64,000 bases of DNA from Bacilli bacterium (lineage in GTDB: Bacteria; Bacillota_I; Bacilli_A; RFN20; UBA1709). A model generated the notes under the pieces. The model searched no databases. It worked only from the letters and a program-made list of their open reading frames with translations, and was not told where the DNA came from. The stretch is from positions 256,001 through 320,000 of the forward strand of contig JBMNFL010000001.1 of the NCBI GenBank assembly GCA_050949315.1, read 5' to 3'. Every line of letters starts with the position of its first letter. Positions within the stretch are counted from its first letter, which is position 1. Below are positions 39,152 to 53,828 of this stretch, piece after piece. The position numbers were made by a program, and so were the translations under genes.

Positions 39152-39780
39152 TGCGTGAAGTAAAAACCATCGTGATTTTCGATACCGAATTCGTTTCTTC
39201 AAAAGCTGGCAGTCAGCCTTTAGAAATCGCCATGGATGCCTATGAACTACAAGAAAAAAAGCTAATAAAATTTAGCTCTTTTTCGGTTTATATTACCTTA
39301 AGAGAGGGCCTTCATCTCAATCGTTACATTCGAAAATACACTGGCATCAATGAAAAAGTTTTAGAAAGAGAAGGGATCTATCCGAGTATGGCCAAACGCC
39401 AAACGATTGATTATTTTTTAAATTTTGATTTAGCCAGCACCCTTTTCTGTGGCTGGGCCATCGCCAATGATTTAAGTATGTTTGATCTACTTTTCAATGC
39501 CCAAGATGAGCTCTTTGAAATCAATATGCTGCGTTGGTTTGATCTTGGCAAAGCCTATGCTAAACTCAATAACGTCGCTCATAATAATATTCCGGCTTTA
39601 AGACATGCCTGTGCCCAGTATGATTTGCCAAATTTTAATTTTCACAGTGCCGTTTCTGATGCTTCAGCAACCGCTTCTTTACTACAAGCCATGCTTGATC
39701 GCCACGGCCTAGATTGTCTTTACGCCTTTGATGAGGTTAAATATAAAAGGAAAAAATATTATAAAATGCGGGAAAGTTAA
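39151..39780 (+). CDS. DEDDh 3'-5' exonuclease (DnaQ/KapD-like)
   Basis: ExoI IFDTEF, ExoII NDLSMF, ExoIII HSAVSDA. Confidence 0.85.
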   Translation: MREVKTIVIFDTEFVSSKAGSQPLEIAMDAYELQEKKLIKFSSFSVYITLREGLHLNRYIRKYTGINEKVLEREGIYPSMAKRQTIDYFLNFDLASTLFCGWAIANDLSMFDLLFNAQDELFEINMLRWFDLGKAYAKLNNVAHNNIPALRHACAQYDLPNFNFHSAVSDASATASLLQAMLDRHGLDCLYAFDEVKYKRKKYYKMRES

Positions 39781-39788
39781 GCTAAGGC

Positions 39789-40247
39789 TTAATTTTTTTT
39801 GCGAATTTCTTCAATTTTACTTAAGACTTCTTGGGGTTTCGCAAGACAGAGTAGGGTAAACTTTTTACCCTCTTTGCTCTTAACAATTAGATTATAAGAA
39901 CTGCAGTAGATTTTATCTAATTCACTATATTTTAAATTCAACCACTTTTTTTGACTTTGTGAGGCTTGAGCGTAGATGATGCGCTTATCGGTTAAATAAA
40001 AAAAGGAGCCCCGATAATCAAAAGCGCAGAGAATAGTAATCATAATTAAGAGCCCAGCCTGTAAGATAATTAAAGCTAGCAAGTTTTTTTCCGCTCCTTT
40101 GATAAAATACTGGGTAAATAAGAGCAGGAAAACCATAGTCAAAAAGACATTAACCCAGGTGTTGGTTAAGATACGCCAAAGTGAAAAAGGTTTACTATAA
40201 AGCACGACCTCATTTGCTTCAATGCTTACTTTACTTGCCTTATCCAT
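39789..40247 (-). CDS. Membrane protein with possible bacterial PH-like domain
   Basis: Two TM helices followed by YLTDKRII...LKYSEL. Confidence 0.65.
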   Translation of the reverse strand: MDKASKVSIEANEVVLYSKPFSLWRILTNTWVNVFLTMVFLLLFTQYFIKGAEKNLLALIILQAGLLIMITILCAFDYRGSFFYLTDKRIIYAQASQSQKKWLNLKYSELDKIYCSSYNLIVKSKEGKKFTLLCLAKPQEVLSKIEEIRKKN

Positions 40248-41130
40248 GCTTTTTTCCTTTCGTTAAAGAAAGTGGCTCTGTTTTTTTACTAATTAAAAGG
40301 TAATAAGCAAAAATAATGACTGGTAAAAACATAATTATATAAGCAAGTATTTGCCGTTCATTTTCAAAAACCAATAATAACAAGGGTAAGGAAACCACTA
40401 AAAATGTTCCCGCTTGAATGGCTAATAATAGGATCAATTTATTACAGTTTTGGTAACCATAAATAGCGATAGGAATGGCATAGATTATAGCGGCTATCAT
40501 CGCTAGATAACGATAACTAGCATCCTTAAAGGGAATAAAGGCCAGGATTAAGGCTAGCGCTGCTAAAAAAGCAAGATAAAATCGCGGTTTTTTGGCAAAG
40601 GTAAAATCTTTGTTTTGCAGAACAAATCTAGCAAAAAGATAAAGGGCAACGGCTTCTAAAAAACAAACTATAAGACAGATTGTCGGTGCTAGATAATTAT
40701 TAGCACTTCTAGACATATTTAGTAAACGCATAAAGGCCCTATAAAAGAAGATGCCTTGGTTGGAAGCAATAATTCCCACCCCTAAACACAAAGCGGCAAA
40801 AGCAACACTTAATGAAGCGTAGATAAAATTGCCAACCCCTTCCTTTCTTTTTATAAGTAGGGAAGAAGTGATGGCTAAAGCAAGTGATGGAAACACGCTT
40901 ACTAAGGCCTTATCTAGATTGATTATCAAAGCGGGTACTAAGATTATGGCACTAGAGAGAACTAAAAGCCAATTGGGCATTTTATTTAGATAGGGTAAAG
41001 TGCAAAAGGGTAAGACAAGCAGTAAAACATACGCTAAAATCTCGACTTTTTGGAAATGAATCAATAAAAAAGCCGTTAGATAAGCTAGAGTAAAAACAAG
41101 TGATAAAAAAAGTGCTTTCGTAACTTTCAT
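40240..41130 (-). CDS. Hypothetical polytopic membrane protein
   Basis: About 9 hydrophobic segments; SD GAGGT. Confidence 0.75.
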   Translation of the reverse strand: MKVTKALFLSLVFTLAYLTAFLLIHFQKVEILAYVLLLVLPFCTLPYLNKMPNWLLVLSSAIILVPALIINLDKALVSVFPSLALAITSSLLIKRKEGVGNFIYASLSVAFAALCLGVGIIASNQGIFFYRAFMRLLNMSRSANNYLAPTICLIVCFLEAVALYLFARFVLQNKDFTFAKKPRFYLAFLAALALILAFIPFKDASYRYLAMIAAIIYAIPIAIYGYQNCNKLILLLAIQAGTFLVVSLPLLLLVFENERQILAYIIMFLPVIIFAYYLLISKKTEPLSLTKGKKHG

Positions 41131-41261
41131 AGGCTACCTCATCGGGCTATATTCTAGCACACAAGTAAAAAGAGGACAAACAAAATAACAATTTTTATTG
41201 TTATTCCTATTTATTAAAAGGGCATTTTATGGTAAACTTTTAAGTGATGGGTGGTGAGAAA

Positions 41262-45712
<4,451 letters not shown>

Positions 45713-45721
45713 GGAAGAAAA

Positions 45722-46987
45722 ATGCTAAAACTTGATGAGTTTAACTTAAAAAAAGAAGATAAAATTATCTGTGCCGTCTCAGGCGGTCCTGATTCCATGG
45801 CTCTTTTAGATCTTTTGGTGCAGGCCCATTTTAAGCCTGTTGTCTGCCATGTTAACTATCATAAAAGGGCGAGTAGTAAGCGCGACGAATTAATTGTTAG
45901 TGATTACTGTAATAAACATTCGCTTGTTTTTGAACTTCTAGATGTTAAAGAAAAGCAGCGAGGAAACTTTCAAAACTGGGCTAGGGAACTTCGTTATCAT
46001 TTCTTTAAAGAGATCTATGATAAAGTGCAGGCACAAGCTCTGCTTGTGGCTCATCAAGAAGATGATTTAATTGAAACTTATCTTTTCAAGAAAGCTAGGA
46101 AGAGTGTCGGCGACTATCTAGGGCTGGCTTCTAAAGAAGAAATCTTTGGCATGACTATCATTCGCCCCTTACTAGAGCAGCCCAAAAAGGCTTTAATTGA
46201 ATACTGCGTGTCACGGGGCATTCAATTCGGGGAAGATGAGAGCAACTTTCAAAAGAATTATACCCGTAACCGTATTAGACTGGAAATTGTTGAAAAACTG
46301 AGCGAGCAGGAACGAGCCTTTATTCTCAGAAATATTGAATTAGAAGAAAAAGCATGGCAAAAGAAGCGAGCCGAGGCTTTAGAAATTTTAATTGATAATA
46401 AGATCAGTGTAACTGCCTTCCTCAAAAAAGATGAGGAACAGAAACACTTGTTGTTATATCACTTTATCGTGCGCAATTGTCCGGATATCGCCCGCAGTGT
46501 TTCTACTAAGCGCCTTAAAGATTTAAGCAAACAATTAAGTTCAGATAAACAGAATATCGTCATCAAGCTAAATAACGAAAAATGTCTAGTAAAATCCTAT
46601 GATATTTTAGAAATTAAAGCTAGAAAAGTTGAGGGTTTTTCCTATCAGATTTCTAAACTTGTAGAAACTGATTATCCGCAGTTTTCTCTCCGTTTTAATG
46701 GCCCTAAAAAATTAGATGGCATCCATGTTTTTGAAAGTGATTTTCCCTTAACAATCCGCTCGCCAAAAGCCGATGATTATTTAAGTCTTAAAAGCGGACA
46801 TAAAAGTCTAAGACGCCTTTTTATCGACAAGAAAATCCCCGTAATGGAGCGGAAAAATTGGCCTGTTGTCGTAAACAGTAAAAAGGAAATTATCCATATC
46901 CCAGGATTATATCGTTTTTCGGAGCGAAAAACTTTGCAAAATAATCTATATGTGTTAAAATGTACTAGTCAAAAAGGAGAGGATTAA
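45722..46987 (+). CDS. tilS: tRNA(Ile)-lysidine synthetase
   Basis: AVSGGPDSMAL, ARELRY, AHQEDD, DESN...RNRIR. Confidence 0.96.
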   Translation: MLKLDEFNLKKEDKIICAVSGGPDSMALLDLLVQAHFKPVVCHVNYHKRASSKRDELIVSDYCNKHSLVFELLDVKEKQRGNFQNWARELRYHFFKEIYDKVQAQALLVAHQEDDLIETYLFKKARKSVGDYLGLASKEEIFGMTIIRPLLEQPKKALIEYCVSRGIQFGEDESNFQKNYTRNRIRLEIVEKLSEQERAFILRNIELEEKAWQKKRAEALEILIDNKISVTAFLKKDEEQKHLLLYHFIVRNCPDIARSVSTKRLKDLSKQLSSDKQNIVIKLNNEKCLVKSYDILEIKARKVEGFSYQISKLVETDYPQFSLRFNGPKKLDGIHVFESDFPLTIRSPKADDYLSLKSGHKSLRRLFIDKKIPVMERKNWPVVVNSKKEIIHIPGLYRFSERKTLQNNLYVLKCTSQKGED

Positions 46988-46988
46988 G

Positions 46989-47525
46989 ATGTCTTATAAA
47001 ATCGAGAGGATTTTATTATCTCATGAACAAATCGTCAATCGTTCTAAAGAAATAGGAGCGCAAATTAGCAAAGATTATGCCGGAAAACGGCCCCTTTTAA
47101 TAGGGATGCTAAATGGAGCTGTTCCCTTTTTTGCCGAACTTATCAAACATATAGAAGGCGAGATAGAAACCGCCTTTATCAAAGCCTCAAGTTATGCAGG
47201 TCAAACCTGTAGCAGTAGTGGTTCTGTTGTCTTCACTGGTGATTTGAACTTACAAATTGCCGGTCGGGATATCATTGTGATTGAAGATATCGTTGACACC
47301 GGTTTGACGATCAAAACCGTCTGTGCTTTTATAAGAGAAAAAAAGCCTAAATCAATAGCTGTAGCCACGCTTCTTGATAAAAAGTCGCGGCGTTTAGTTG
47401 AAGTTGATGTCAAGTATGTCGGTTTTGACATCCCCAATGTCTTTGTCGTAGGCTTTGGCCTTGACTACGATGAACTTTTCCGCAATCTACCCTATGTTGG
47501 GGTTTTGGATAGCAGCAGTATATAA
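46989..47525 (+). CDS. hpt: Hypoxanthine phosphoribosyltransferase
   Basis: [24 protein letters not shown]. Confidence 0.96.
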   Translation: MSYKIERILLSHEQIVNRSKEIGAQISKDYAGKRPLLIGMLNGAVPFFAELIKHIEGEIETAFIKASSYAGQTCSSSGSVVFTGDLNLQIAGRDIIVIEDIVDTGLTIKTVCAFIREKKPKSIAVATLLDKKSRRLVEVDVKYVGFDIPNVFVVGFGLDYDELFRNLPYVGVLDSSSI

Positions 47526-47533
47526 GGAGAAAA

Positions 47534-49501
47534 GTGATGAATAACCAACAAAAACCTAGCAACAAAAATAAAGCCCCTTGGTTGAGCTTTATCTGGCCAT
47601 ATTTATTAATTTTAGCAATTGCAGTCATAGCCGTTGTTACTTTAACCAATTCCAATACCCGCAACTCTTACACTTTCTATACCTATGATGAGTTCCATAC
47701 CGAGTTGACAATGGGAGATACCGAAGCCACTTCCTTGATAGTTTCTGAAAATGAAAAAGTCGTGACTTTTACGGGAACTTTTACTAGAACAGTCAATGGT
47801 GTTAAATCTAAATATTCCTTTAAAGGAACCCTACCAATTGTACCTGAAAGTCCCAATTATGATGGCGATATCGTTGAATTTTATAATTTTGTCAATAGCG
47901 CTACCTTTAAGGATGTCTTGCAGATTAAAAATGCTTTTGAAACCAGTATTTGGGGTTCACTGCTACTGACTTTGGTTCCCACTATTATTGTTATCATCGT
48001 CCTATTTGCGATGATGTCTAAACTCGGGGGAGCAGGAGGAGCAAATACCCGAGCCTTTGAGTTCGGCAAATCACCCGTTAAAAACGTTGATAAGAGCAAA
48101 GTACGCTTTGCCGATGTCGCCGGTTGTGAGGAAGAAAAAGCCGAAATGATCGAATTAGTTGATTATCTTAAAAACCCGCGTAAATACGCGCGGATGGGTG
48201 CCCGCATCCCTAAAGGTGTTATCTTAAAAGGTGCGCCTGGAACGGGTAAAACCCTGCTTGCTAAAGCGGTAGCCGGCGAAGCAGGTGTTCCTTTCTTCAG
48301 TATTTCCGGTTCCGATTTTGTCGAAATGTTTGTCGGTGTTGGTGCTAGCCGGGTTCGAGATATGTTTAAAAAAGCCCAGCAAAATGCCCCCTGTATGGTC
48401 TTCATCGATGAAATCGATGCGGTGGGTCGCCAAAGAGGCGCTGGTTTAGGTGGCGGGCATGATGAGAGAGAACAAACCCTTAACCAATTACTAGTTGCCA
48501 TGGATGGCTTTGAAGATAATTCTGGTATCATCGTCATCGCGGCCACGAATAGACCTGATGTCTTAGATCCTGCCTTACTAAGACCAGGACGTTTCGATAG
48601 AACTATCACCATTAATTTACCTGATAGAAATGGGCGCGAAGCTATTCTCAAGGTGCATGCGCGCAATAAGAAAGTGGCGCCAACCGTCAATTTTGCCAAT
48701 ATCGCCCAAAGAACACCGGGCTTTAGTGGTGCTGATTTAGAAAATGTCTTAAACGAAGCGGCAATTTTAGCCGTCCGTCAAAATAAAGAATTCATTGAAA
48801 TGAAAGATATCGATGAAGCGATTGATAGGGTCATCGGTGGACCTGCTAAGAAGAGTAAGGTTATGACCGAGAAAGAAAAACGCTTGGTGGCCTATCACGA
48901 ATCGGGACACGCCATCGTCGGTCTAAAGTTAGCCAGTGCGATGAAAGTGCAAAAAATCACGATTATTCCGCGGGGTGAAGCGGGTGGCTATGTCTTAATG
49001 ACACCTACTGATGATCGCTTCTTAACCACCAAAAAAGAAATGAAAGAACGGATTTCTGGCTTATTAGCCGGCCGGGTTTCCGAAGAGATCTTCTTTGAAG
49101 ATGTCACCAATGGTGCTAGTGAAGATATTGAAAAAGCCACTAAAATCGCTCGTATGATGGTCACTAATCTTGGTATGTCAAGTCTTGGACCAATTCAATA
49201 CGAACAACCACAGGGCAATGTCTTCCTTGGCCGTGACTACACCAATGTTACTCGCAATATTTCCAGTGAAGTCGCCTTTCAAATTGACCAAGAAATTTCC
49301 AAGATCATCAACGAATGTATGGAAAAAGCTCGTGAGGTCATTCTCAATAATAAAGATGATCTCATCTTAATTGCGGAAACACTGCTAGAAGTGGAGGTTT
49401 TAACCTACGAACAAGTAGTCTATTTACTTGAACATCGGGTCTTACCTGAAAAGAAAGAACCTCCATTACCTGAAAAGGAAATTGTTCCAGAAGCCGCCTA
49501 A
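47534..49501 (+). CDS. ftsH: ATP-dependent zinc metalloprotease FtsH
   Basis: Two TM helices, [26 protein letters not shown]. Confidence 0.98.
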   Translation: MMNNQQKPSNKNKAPWLSFIWPYLLILAIAVIAVVTLTNSNTRNSYTFYTYDEFHTELTMGDTEATSLIVSENEKVVTFTGTFTRTVNGVKSKYSFKGTLPIVPESPNYDGDIVEFYNFVNSATFKDVLQIKNAFETSIWGSLLLTLVPTIIVIIVLFAMMSKLGGAGGANTRAFEFGKSPVKNVDKSKVRFADVAGCEEEKAEMIELVDYLKNPRKYARMGARIPKGVILKGAPGTGKTLLAKAVAGEAGVPFFSISGSDFVEMFVGVGASRVRDMFKKAQQNAPCMVFIDEIDAVGRQRGAGLGGGHDEREQTLNQLLVAMDGFEDNSGIIVIAATNRPDVLDPALLRPGRFDRTITINLPDRNGREAILKVHARNKKVAPTVNFANIAQRTPGFSGADLENVLNEAAILAVRQNKEFIEMKDIDEAIDRVIGGPAKKSKVMTEKEKRLVAYHESGHAIVGLKLASAMKVQKITIIPRGEAGGYVLMTPTDDRFLTTKKEMKERISGLLAGRVSEEIFFEDVTNGASEDIEKATKIARMMVTNLGMSSLGPIQYEQPQGNVFLGRDYTNVTRNISSEVAFQIDQEISKIINECMEKAREVILNNKDDLILIAETLLEVEVLTYEQVVYLLEHRVLPEKKEPPLPEKEIVPEAA

Positions 49502-49508
49502 AAATTTA

Positions 49509-49532
49509 AGGACGCCAGTAGGCGTCTTTTTT
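49509..49532 (+). terminator. Terminator after ftsH
   Basis: GACGCC-AGTA-GGCGTC followed by TTTTT. Confidence 0.8.
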
Positions 49533-49694
49533 AATGAAAATTAAAATTTCGATAGCATAATTTAAATTTTTAATACATTATTCTCAATTTCCTTGATAGA
49601 ATCGGTGTTTTTCTTAAAAAACATTGAAATAATCAAGTGGATATTTGGTAGTTTTTAGGTATTTTTTAGTAGTTCTGTTTCCTCGATTTCCTGC

Positions 49695-49723
49695 TTGTCT
49701 TAACTTTGCGGTTTTTGTATAAT
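49695..49723 (+). promoter_or_regulatory. SigmaA-like promoter of the lipoprotein gene
   Basis: TTGTCT, 17 bp, TATAAT. Confidence 0.6.
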
Positions 49724-49746
49724 ACAGACAAAGGAGCCGTTCATAA

Positions 49747-50088
49747 ATGAAAAGAGTAAAAAGATTATTTTTATCAACGTTTCTTACTTTACTACTATTA
49801 TTAATTTGTGCCTGTGGTCCTAGACTTAGTGGAACTTACTACATCGGTGATATCCAAACAGCGGGGACTTTTTATACTTTTACTGGCGATAATATTTCCG
49901 CTAGGTATTATAGCAATGGTGTATTGACACACAAAGAAGGGAAGTACTCGCTAGAAAAAGATCAAATTACCATCACTTTTAAGGAAAAAGATGGGGTAGA
50001 AACCACTAATACTTATAGTTTTAAAGAGGATAAGCAGGCAAAAACTATCACAATCGGCAAGATTACCTATAATAAGGAAATTCGTTAA
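49747..50088 (+). CDS. Putative lipoprotein
   Basis: Basic N-terminus, hydrophobic core, lipobox-like LICAC/G. Confidence 0.75.
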   Translation: MKRVKRLFLSTFLTLLLLLICACGPRLSGTYYIGDIQTAGTFYTFTGDNISARYYSNGVLTHKEGKYSLEKDQITITFKEKDGVETTNTYSFKEDKQAKTITIGKITYNKEIR

Positions 50089-50173
50089 TTTTAAAAGCTC
50101 TTTTTGACAAATTACACCTCGGTTGAAAGGGTTTGTAAAATTATTTATAATAATTAAAAAGAGAGGGTAAAGG

Positions 50174-50455
50174 ATGGAAAAAGAGGGGAATCCCACTATC
50201 TTAAAAGCTTTAGCGGATTCAACACGTCGCAAGATTATTGATCTGCTAAAAAAAGAGGGTAGACTAGCTGCTGGTGAAATCGCAGCCCATTTTCCTTTGA
50301 CCCAAGCTAGCATCTCTCACCATCTATCCGTTTTAGAAAAGGCGCGTTTAATAAGCGGGCAGCAAGAGGGAAAATTTATCTACTACGAACTAAATACAAC
50401 CGTCTTGGAAGACGTTCTTCATTGGATAATGAGTTTAATAGGAGGCAAAAAATGA
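50174..50455 (+). CDS. sdpR: ArsR-family repressor, SdpR-like
   Basis: KALADSTRRKI, AGEIA, SISHHLSVL, GKFIYYELNTTVLED. Confidence 0.85.
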   Translation: MEKEGNPTILKALADSTRRKIIDLLKKEGRLAAGEIAAHFPLTQASISHHLSVLEKARLISGQQEGKFIYYELNTTVLEDVLHWIMSLIGGKK

Positions 50456-51105
50456 CAAAAGTTATCTTAAAAAACCTGCTTTTTGCAGCCATAATTTGTT
50501 TAATATCCTTCATCATCACAATCTTGGCTTATCCGCATCTTGAAGAAGAGCTGGTTTTTGTGAGTTCTACCGCGCTTTCCAAGGAAAAAGCGGCTTTCAT
50601 TTTACCAATTCTTACTTTGGCCGCCGGCTTTTTACTTTCTTTTTTGCCTCTTTTTTATCAATTGATTGCTAAGGAAGAAAAACTGGTTAATCCAAACTCT
50701 TATCGCAATATCATCGTTATCAGTTGTTCAACTTTGCTTTTTATGCAGATATTTGCCCTTTGCAGTTGGCTTGATTACCATGTTTCTCTTTATAATCTCT
50801 GCCTGGCTTGCTTTGGCTTTCTCTTGCTATTAATCGGTAATTTTATGCCCCGTTTTAAAAAGGGCATGCCCTTAGCTATCTATAATCCTTGGACCATGAG
50901 CAATCCAAAAATCTGGCGTAAAACCCATCGTTTTGGTGGTTATGTCTGGCTTATTAGTGGCCTGGCTACCATTTTTATGATTCTCGTTCCTAAAGATTAC
51001 AATCTTTGGCTAGTTTTACTATTCTTTATCCTCTGCTTATTATTACCCAATATCTATGCTTACTTCTATCATCGTTATTTAATTAAGAGGAAAAAAGATG
51101 CTTAA
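50452..51105 (+). CDS. sdpI: SdpI-family membrane immunity/sensor protein
   Basis: [27 protein letters not shown]; ATGA overlap with sdpR. Confidence 0.82.
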   Translation: MTKVILKNLLFAAIICLISFIITILAYPHLEEELVFVSSTALSKEKAAFILPILTLAAGFLLSFLPLFYQLIAKEEKLVNPNSYRNIIVISCSTLLFMQIFALCSWLDYHVSLYNLCLACFGFLLLLIGNFMPRFKKGMPLAIYNPWTMSNPKIWRKTHRFGGYVWLISGLATIFMILVPKDYNLWLVLLFFILCLLLPNIYAYFYHRYLIKRKKDA

Positions 51106-52063
51106 AATCGGGGATATTAGGCTTAGGAATCCTATTATTGCCGCTCCGATGGCGGGGATAAGCAACCTAGTTTATCGAGAAATTGCCGTCGAACATGGGG
51201 CCGCCTTAGTCTATGCGGAAATGGTCAGCGATAAGGCTCTCTGTTTCAACAATCAAAAGACCTACGATATGTTAAAAATAAGCCCCAATGAGCATCCTGT
51301 CAGTATGCAGTTATTTGGTTCCGATTTATCTACCATGGTCCAAGCCGCTAAAATTCTTGATAAAGACTGCGACTGTGATATCATTGACATCAATCTAGGT
51401 TGTCCGGTAAGTAAGGTGTTAAAGGCTGGGGCAGGAGCCAAGTTATTATTAGATCCACCTAAGACCTTTGAATTAGTAAAAGCAATTGTTAAAGCGGTTA
51501 AAAAGCCAGTTACCGTTAAACTACGTTTGGGTTTTGATGCTGAATGCATCAATGTTGTAGAAATGGCAAAACTCATGGAAAAAGCCGGTGTAAAAGCCAT
51601 CGCTGTTCACGCGAGAACGCGCTCACAGATGTATGGTGGCAAGGCTGATTGGACTTATATTAAAAAAGTAAAAGAGCAGGTTAAGATACCTGTAATCGGA
51701 AATGGAGATGTTTATAGTTTAGAAGATGCTAAGAGAATGTTAAAAGAAACGGGCTGTGATGCCGTCATGATTGCTAGAGGGGCCATAGGCAATCCCTGGC
51801 TTTTTAGCGCCTGTGTCGCATATTTTGAGGAAGGTAAGCTAATTCCACCCCCTACCCCTAAACAGCGCCTTGCAATGTGCCTAGAACACGCTAAACGGCT
51901 CAGTGTCTACTACGATAATGAAAGAATCGCCCTACATGAGATGCGCGGTTTAGCAACTTTCTATTTAAAGGCCTTCAAAGGCGCCGCCAAACTGCGCGGA
52001 GAGTTGAATCAAATCCAAAGTTACGAAGAACTTGAAAAAATCCTTGAAAAAGTCAAATTATAG
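51098..52063 (+). CDS. dusB: tRNA-dihydrouridine synthase B
   Basis: [34 protein letters not shown]. Confidence 0.95.
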   Translation: MLKIGDIRLRNPIIAAPMAGISNLVYREIAVEHGAALVYAEMVSDKALCFNNQKTYDMLKISPNEHPVSMQLFGSDLSTMVQAAKILDKDCDCDIIDINLGCPVSKVLKAGAGAKLLLDPPKTFELVKAIVKAVKKPVTVKLRLGFDAECINVVEMAKLMEKAGVKAIAVHARTRSQMYGGKADWTYIKKVKEQVKIPVIGNGDVYSLEDAKRMLKETGCDAVMIARGAIGNPWLFSACVAYFEEGKLIPPPTPKQRLAMCLEHAKRLSVYYDNERIALHEMRGLATFYLKAFKGAAKLRGELNQIQSYEELEKILEKVKL

Positions 52064-52104
52064 ATACATCGTGTCACAAAGTATGTGTACAAAGGAGTAA
52101 ATTT

Positions 52105-53061
52105 ATGAAATTACTAAAAAAACTGTTGATTTTCTTAATTGTTATTGTCGTCATTCTTGGAGCGGGAGTTATAGTCGTTTCCAATATGACACCAGCCACC
52201 CTCGGACTAGCCGATACTCCCTTAGTTTCAGGTAAAACCTTAAGAGAAATGGACTTAGCCGATGTCAAAATTAAAGAGATCCTTAGATTAATTAAAGATG
52301 TAGCTTCCCCCGATGAAGAAAAAATCCTAGTAAATTCCCCTGATAATGAAACAGAAGAGCCAAAAGCGGAAGCTAAATTTGAGAAGAGCAGTATCACCAG
52401 CACCACTGAAGGTGAAGAGCCCAACTATCTAGATATTGTCAGTACTACCGTAACCTACGATAAAGAATATTTGCTTCAATATGAAGATACCACTTTAGCC
52501 TTTATTTTTAATAAAATCATTGAACAGGGCAGTGAAGAAGCCAGCTCTGTTGAAGATGATGCGGTCAAGTTTCTCTGTGATATGGATGCTTCGCTAAGCG
52601 TTTTCACCTTAACTAAATCCTCAACTGAGAGTGAAACGCGCACGGTTATCGGTATTAAAACCGCCTCTTTTGTGGAAGATATTGAAAACGCGCTAGGGGC
52701 TTTGAAATCCTTTATTACCATTCCTGAACGCATTTATGTCGTCAGCTACCTAACAGTTACCGCTGATACTAATGGCAAACTTGTCAGTACTCATAAGAAA
52801 ATCACTATCAATGATAGTGATAATGCCTTATCAAGTGCCATATTTACTGTTCTTGCTAACCAGATCTCTGGTGGTGGGGGCGATGATAGTGAAAAAACGG
52901 TCAATGAGTATATTGGTGATGCCTTAGAACATCTGATTTCTAATATGGGTAAAATTGGAACGGCCGATGTTGATGCCGATAAAGTCGTGACGGGAAATAA
53001 ACTTCTAGGTCCAAATGGCTTAGAAAATCATAAAGTAAATTTAATTACCAATACTGAATAG
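52105..53061 (+). CDS. Hypothetical membrane-anchored extracellular protein
   Basis: N-terminal signal/TM segment followed by an acidic Ser/Thr-rich domain; SD AAGGAG. Confidence 0.8.
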   Translation: MKLLKKLLIFLIVIVVILGAGVIVVSNMTPATLGLADTPLVSGKTLREMDLADVKIKEILRLIKDVASPDEEKILVNSPDNETEEPKAEAKFEKSSITSTTEGEEPNYLDIVSTTVTYDKEYLLQYEDTTLAFIFNKIIEQGSEEASSVEDDAVKFLCDMDASLSVFTLTKSSTESETRTVIGIKTASFVEDIENALGALKSFITIPERIYVVSYLTVTADTNGKLVSTHKKITINDSDNALSSAIFTVLANQISGGGGDDSEKTVNEYIGDALEHLISNMGKIGTADVDADKVVTGNKLLGPNGLENHKVNLITNTE

Positions 53062-53088
53062 AGAGATACTTCGTATCTCTTTTCTTTT
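53060..53088 (+). terminator. Terminator
   Basis: AGAGATAC-TTC-GTATCTCT followed by TTTCTTTT. Confidence 0.75.
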
Positions 53089-53150
53089 AATATATTCTTT
53101 CTTTTGAAAAAATGTTAGAATTAGTTACATAGAAGTAGAGGTAAGAAGCA

Positions 53151-53621
53151 GTGTCACTTTTTCAAAAGATTAAAAATCGTAAACGTTATGGGAAAAATGA
53201 TGATCCAATAGCCAAACGCGTAAGCATAATTTCAGGGGCTATTATCGTTATTTTAGCCCTAACTTTGCTTTTTGCCCCCAAACTAAGTGGTGTAAAGGCG
53301 AAACTAGATGATGAAAAAATCACTGTCAGTTCGCTTATTTATAAACACGAAATCAAATATCAAGATATTCAAAGTCTAAGCCTTACTACTGATTTGCCAA
53401 GTTCTAGCAAGGTTATGGGGATTAATTCACCCATTGGTGGCTTAGATTTAGGAAGTTATAAATGCAGTGAATATGGGACTTATAATCGCTTTACCTATAA
53501 TCAGGTCCCAGCTTTTATCGTGATAAAATACAATGATACTTACCTAGTTTTTAATCAAAATCAGGTAGATACAACCCAAAGCCTTTACCAAGACTTATGC
53601 GAGTTGACAAACTTAGGTTAA
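53151..53621 (+). CDS. Membrane-anchored PH-like domain protein
   Basis: One TM helix, then IKYQDIQS, KVMGI...LGSY, YLVFN, resembling bacterial PH domains. Confidence 0.65.
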   Translation: MSLFQKIKNRKRYGKNDDPIAKRVSIISGAIIVILALTLLFAPKLSGVKAKLDDEKITVSSLIYKHEIKYQDIQSLSLTTDLPSSSKVMGINSPIGGLDLGSYKCSEYGTYNRFTYNQVPAFIVIKYNDTYLVFNQNQVDTTQSLYQDLCELTNLG

Positions 53622-53653
53622 GTTTTTATAATGATAGGGCAGACAAAAAACGA

Positions 53654-53756
53654 CTCTTATTAAGAACCAGTAGATGAGGGAATCAATGACCTGGTAGCAA
53701 CCCTTCATTAGAAGAAGGTGCTCAATCCCTAGCAAGCGATGCTTGAACAATAAGAG
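53654..53756 (+). ncRNA. SAM-I riboswitch (variant)
   Basis: P1 CTCTTATT/AATAAGAG, P3 GCAACC...GGTGC, GGGA/TCCC pseudoknot, terminator at 53775-53797; upstream of metK. Confidence 0.88.
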
Positions 53757-53828
53757 GAAGCAAGATTTACTACAGGCTTCCTTCAGGGAAGTTTTTTGTT
53801 AAAAAAACTAAGGAAGGAGGTTTTTATT

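Noticed and set aside
48478-48510. Fts[12 protein letters not shown] (Ala at the usual Glu)
   Set aside because: Single substitution; Walker A/B, arginine finger and HEXXH are intact
48163-48699. 178-aa antisense ORF in ftsH and similar shadow ORFs in typA, der, rel and dusB
   Set aside because: Antisense to conserved genes, with no recognisable motif or independent support
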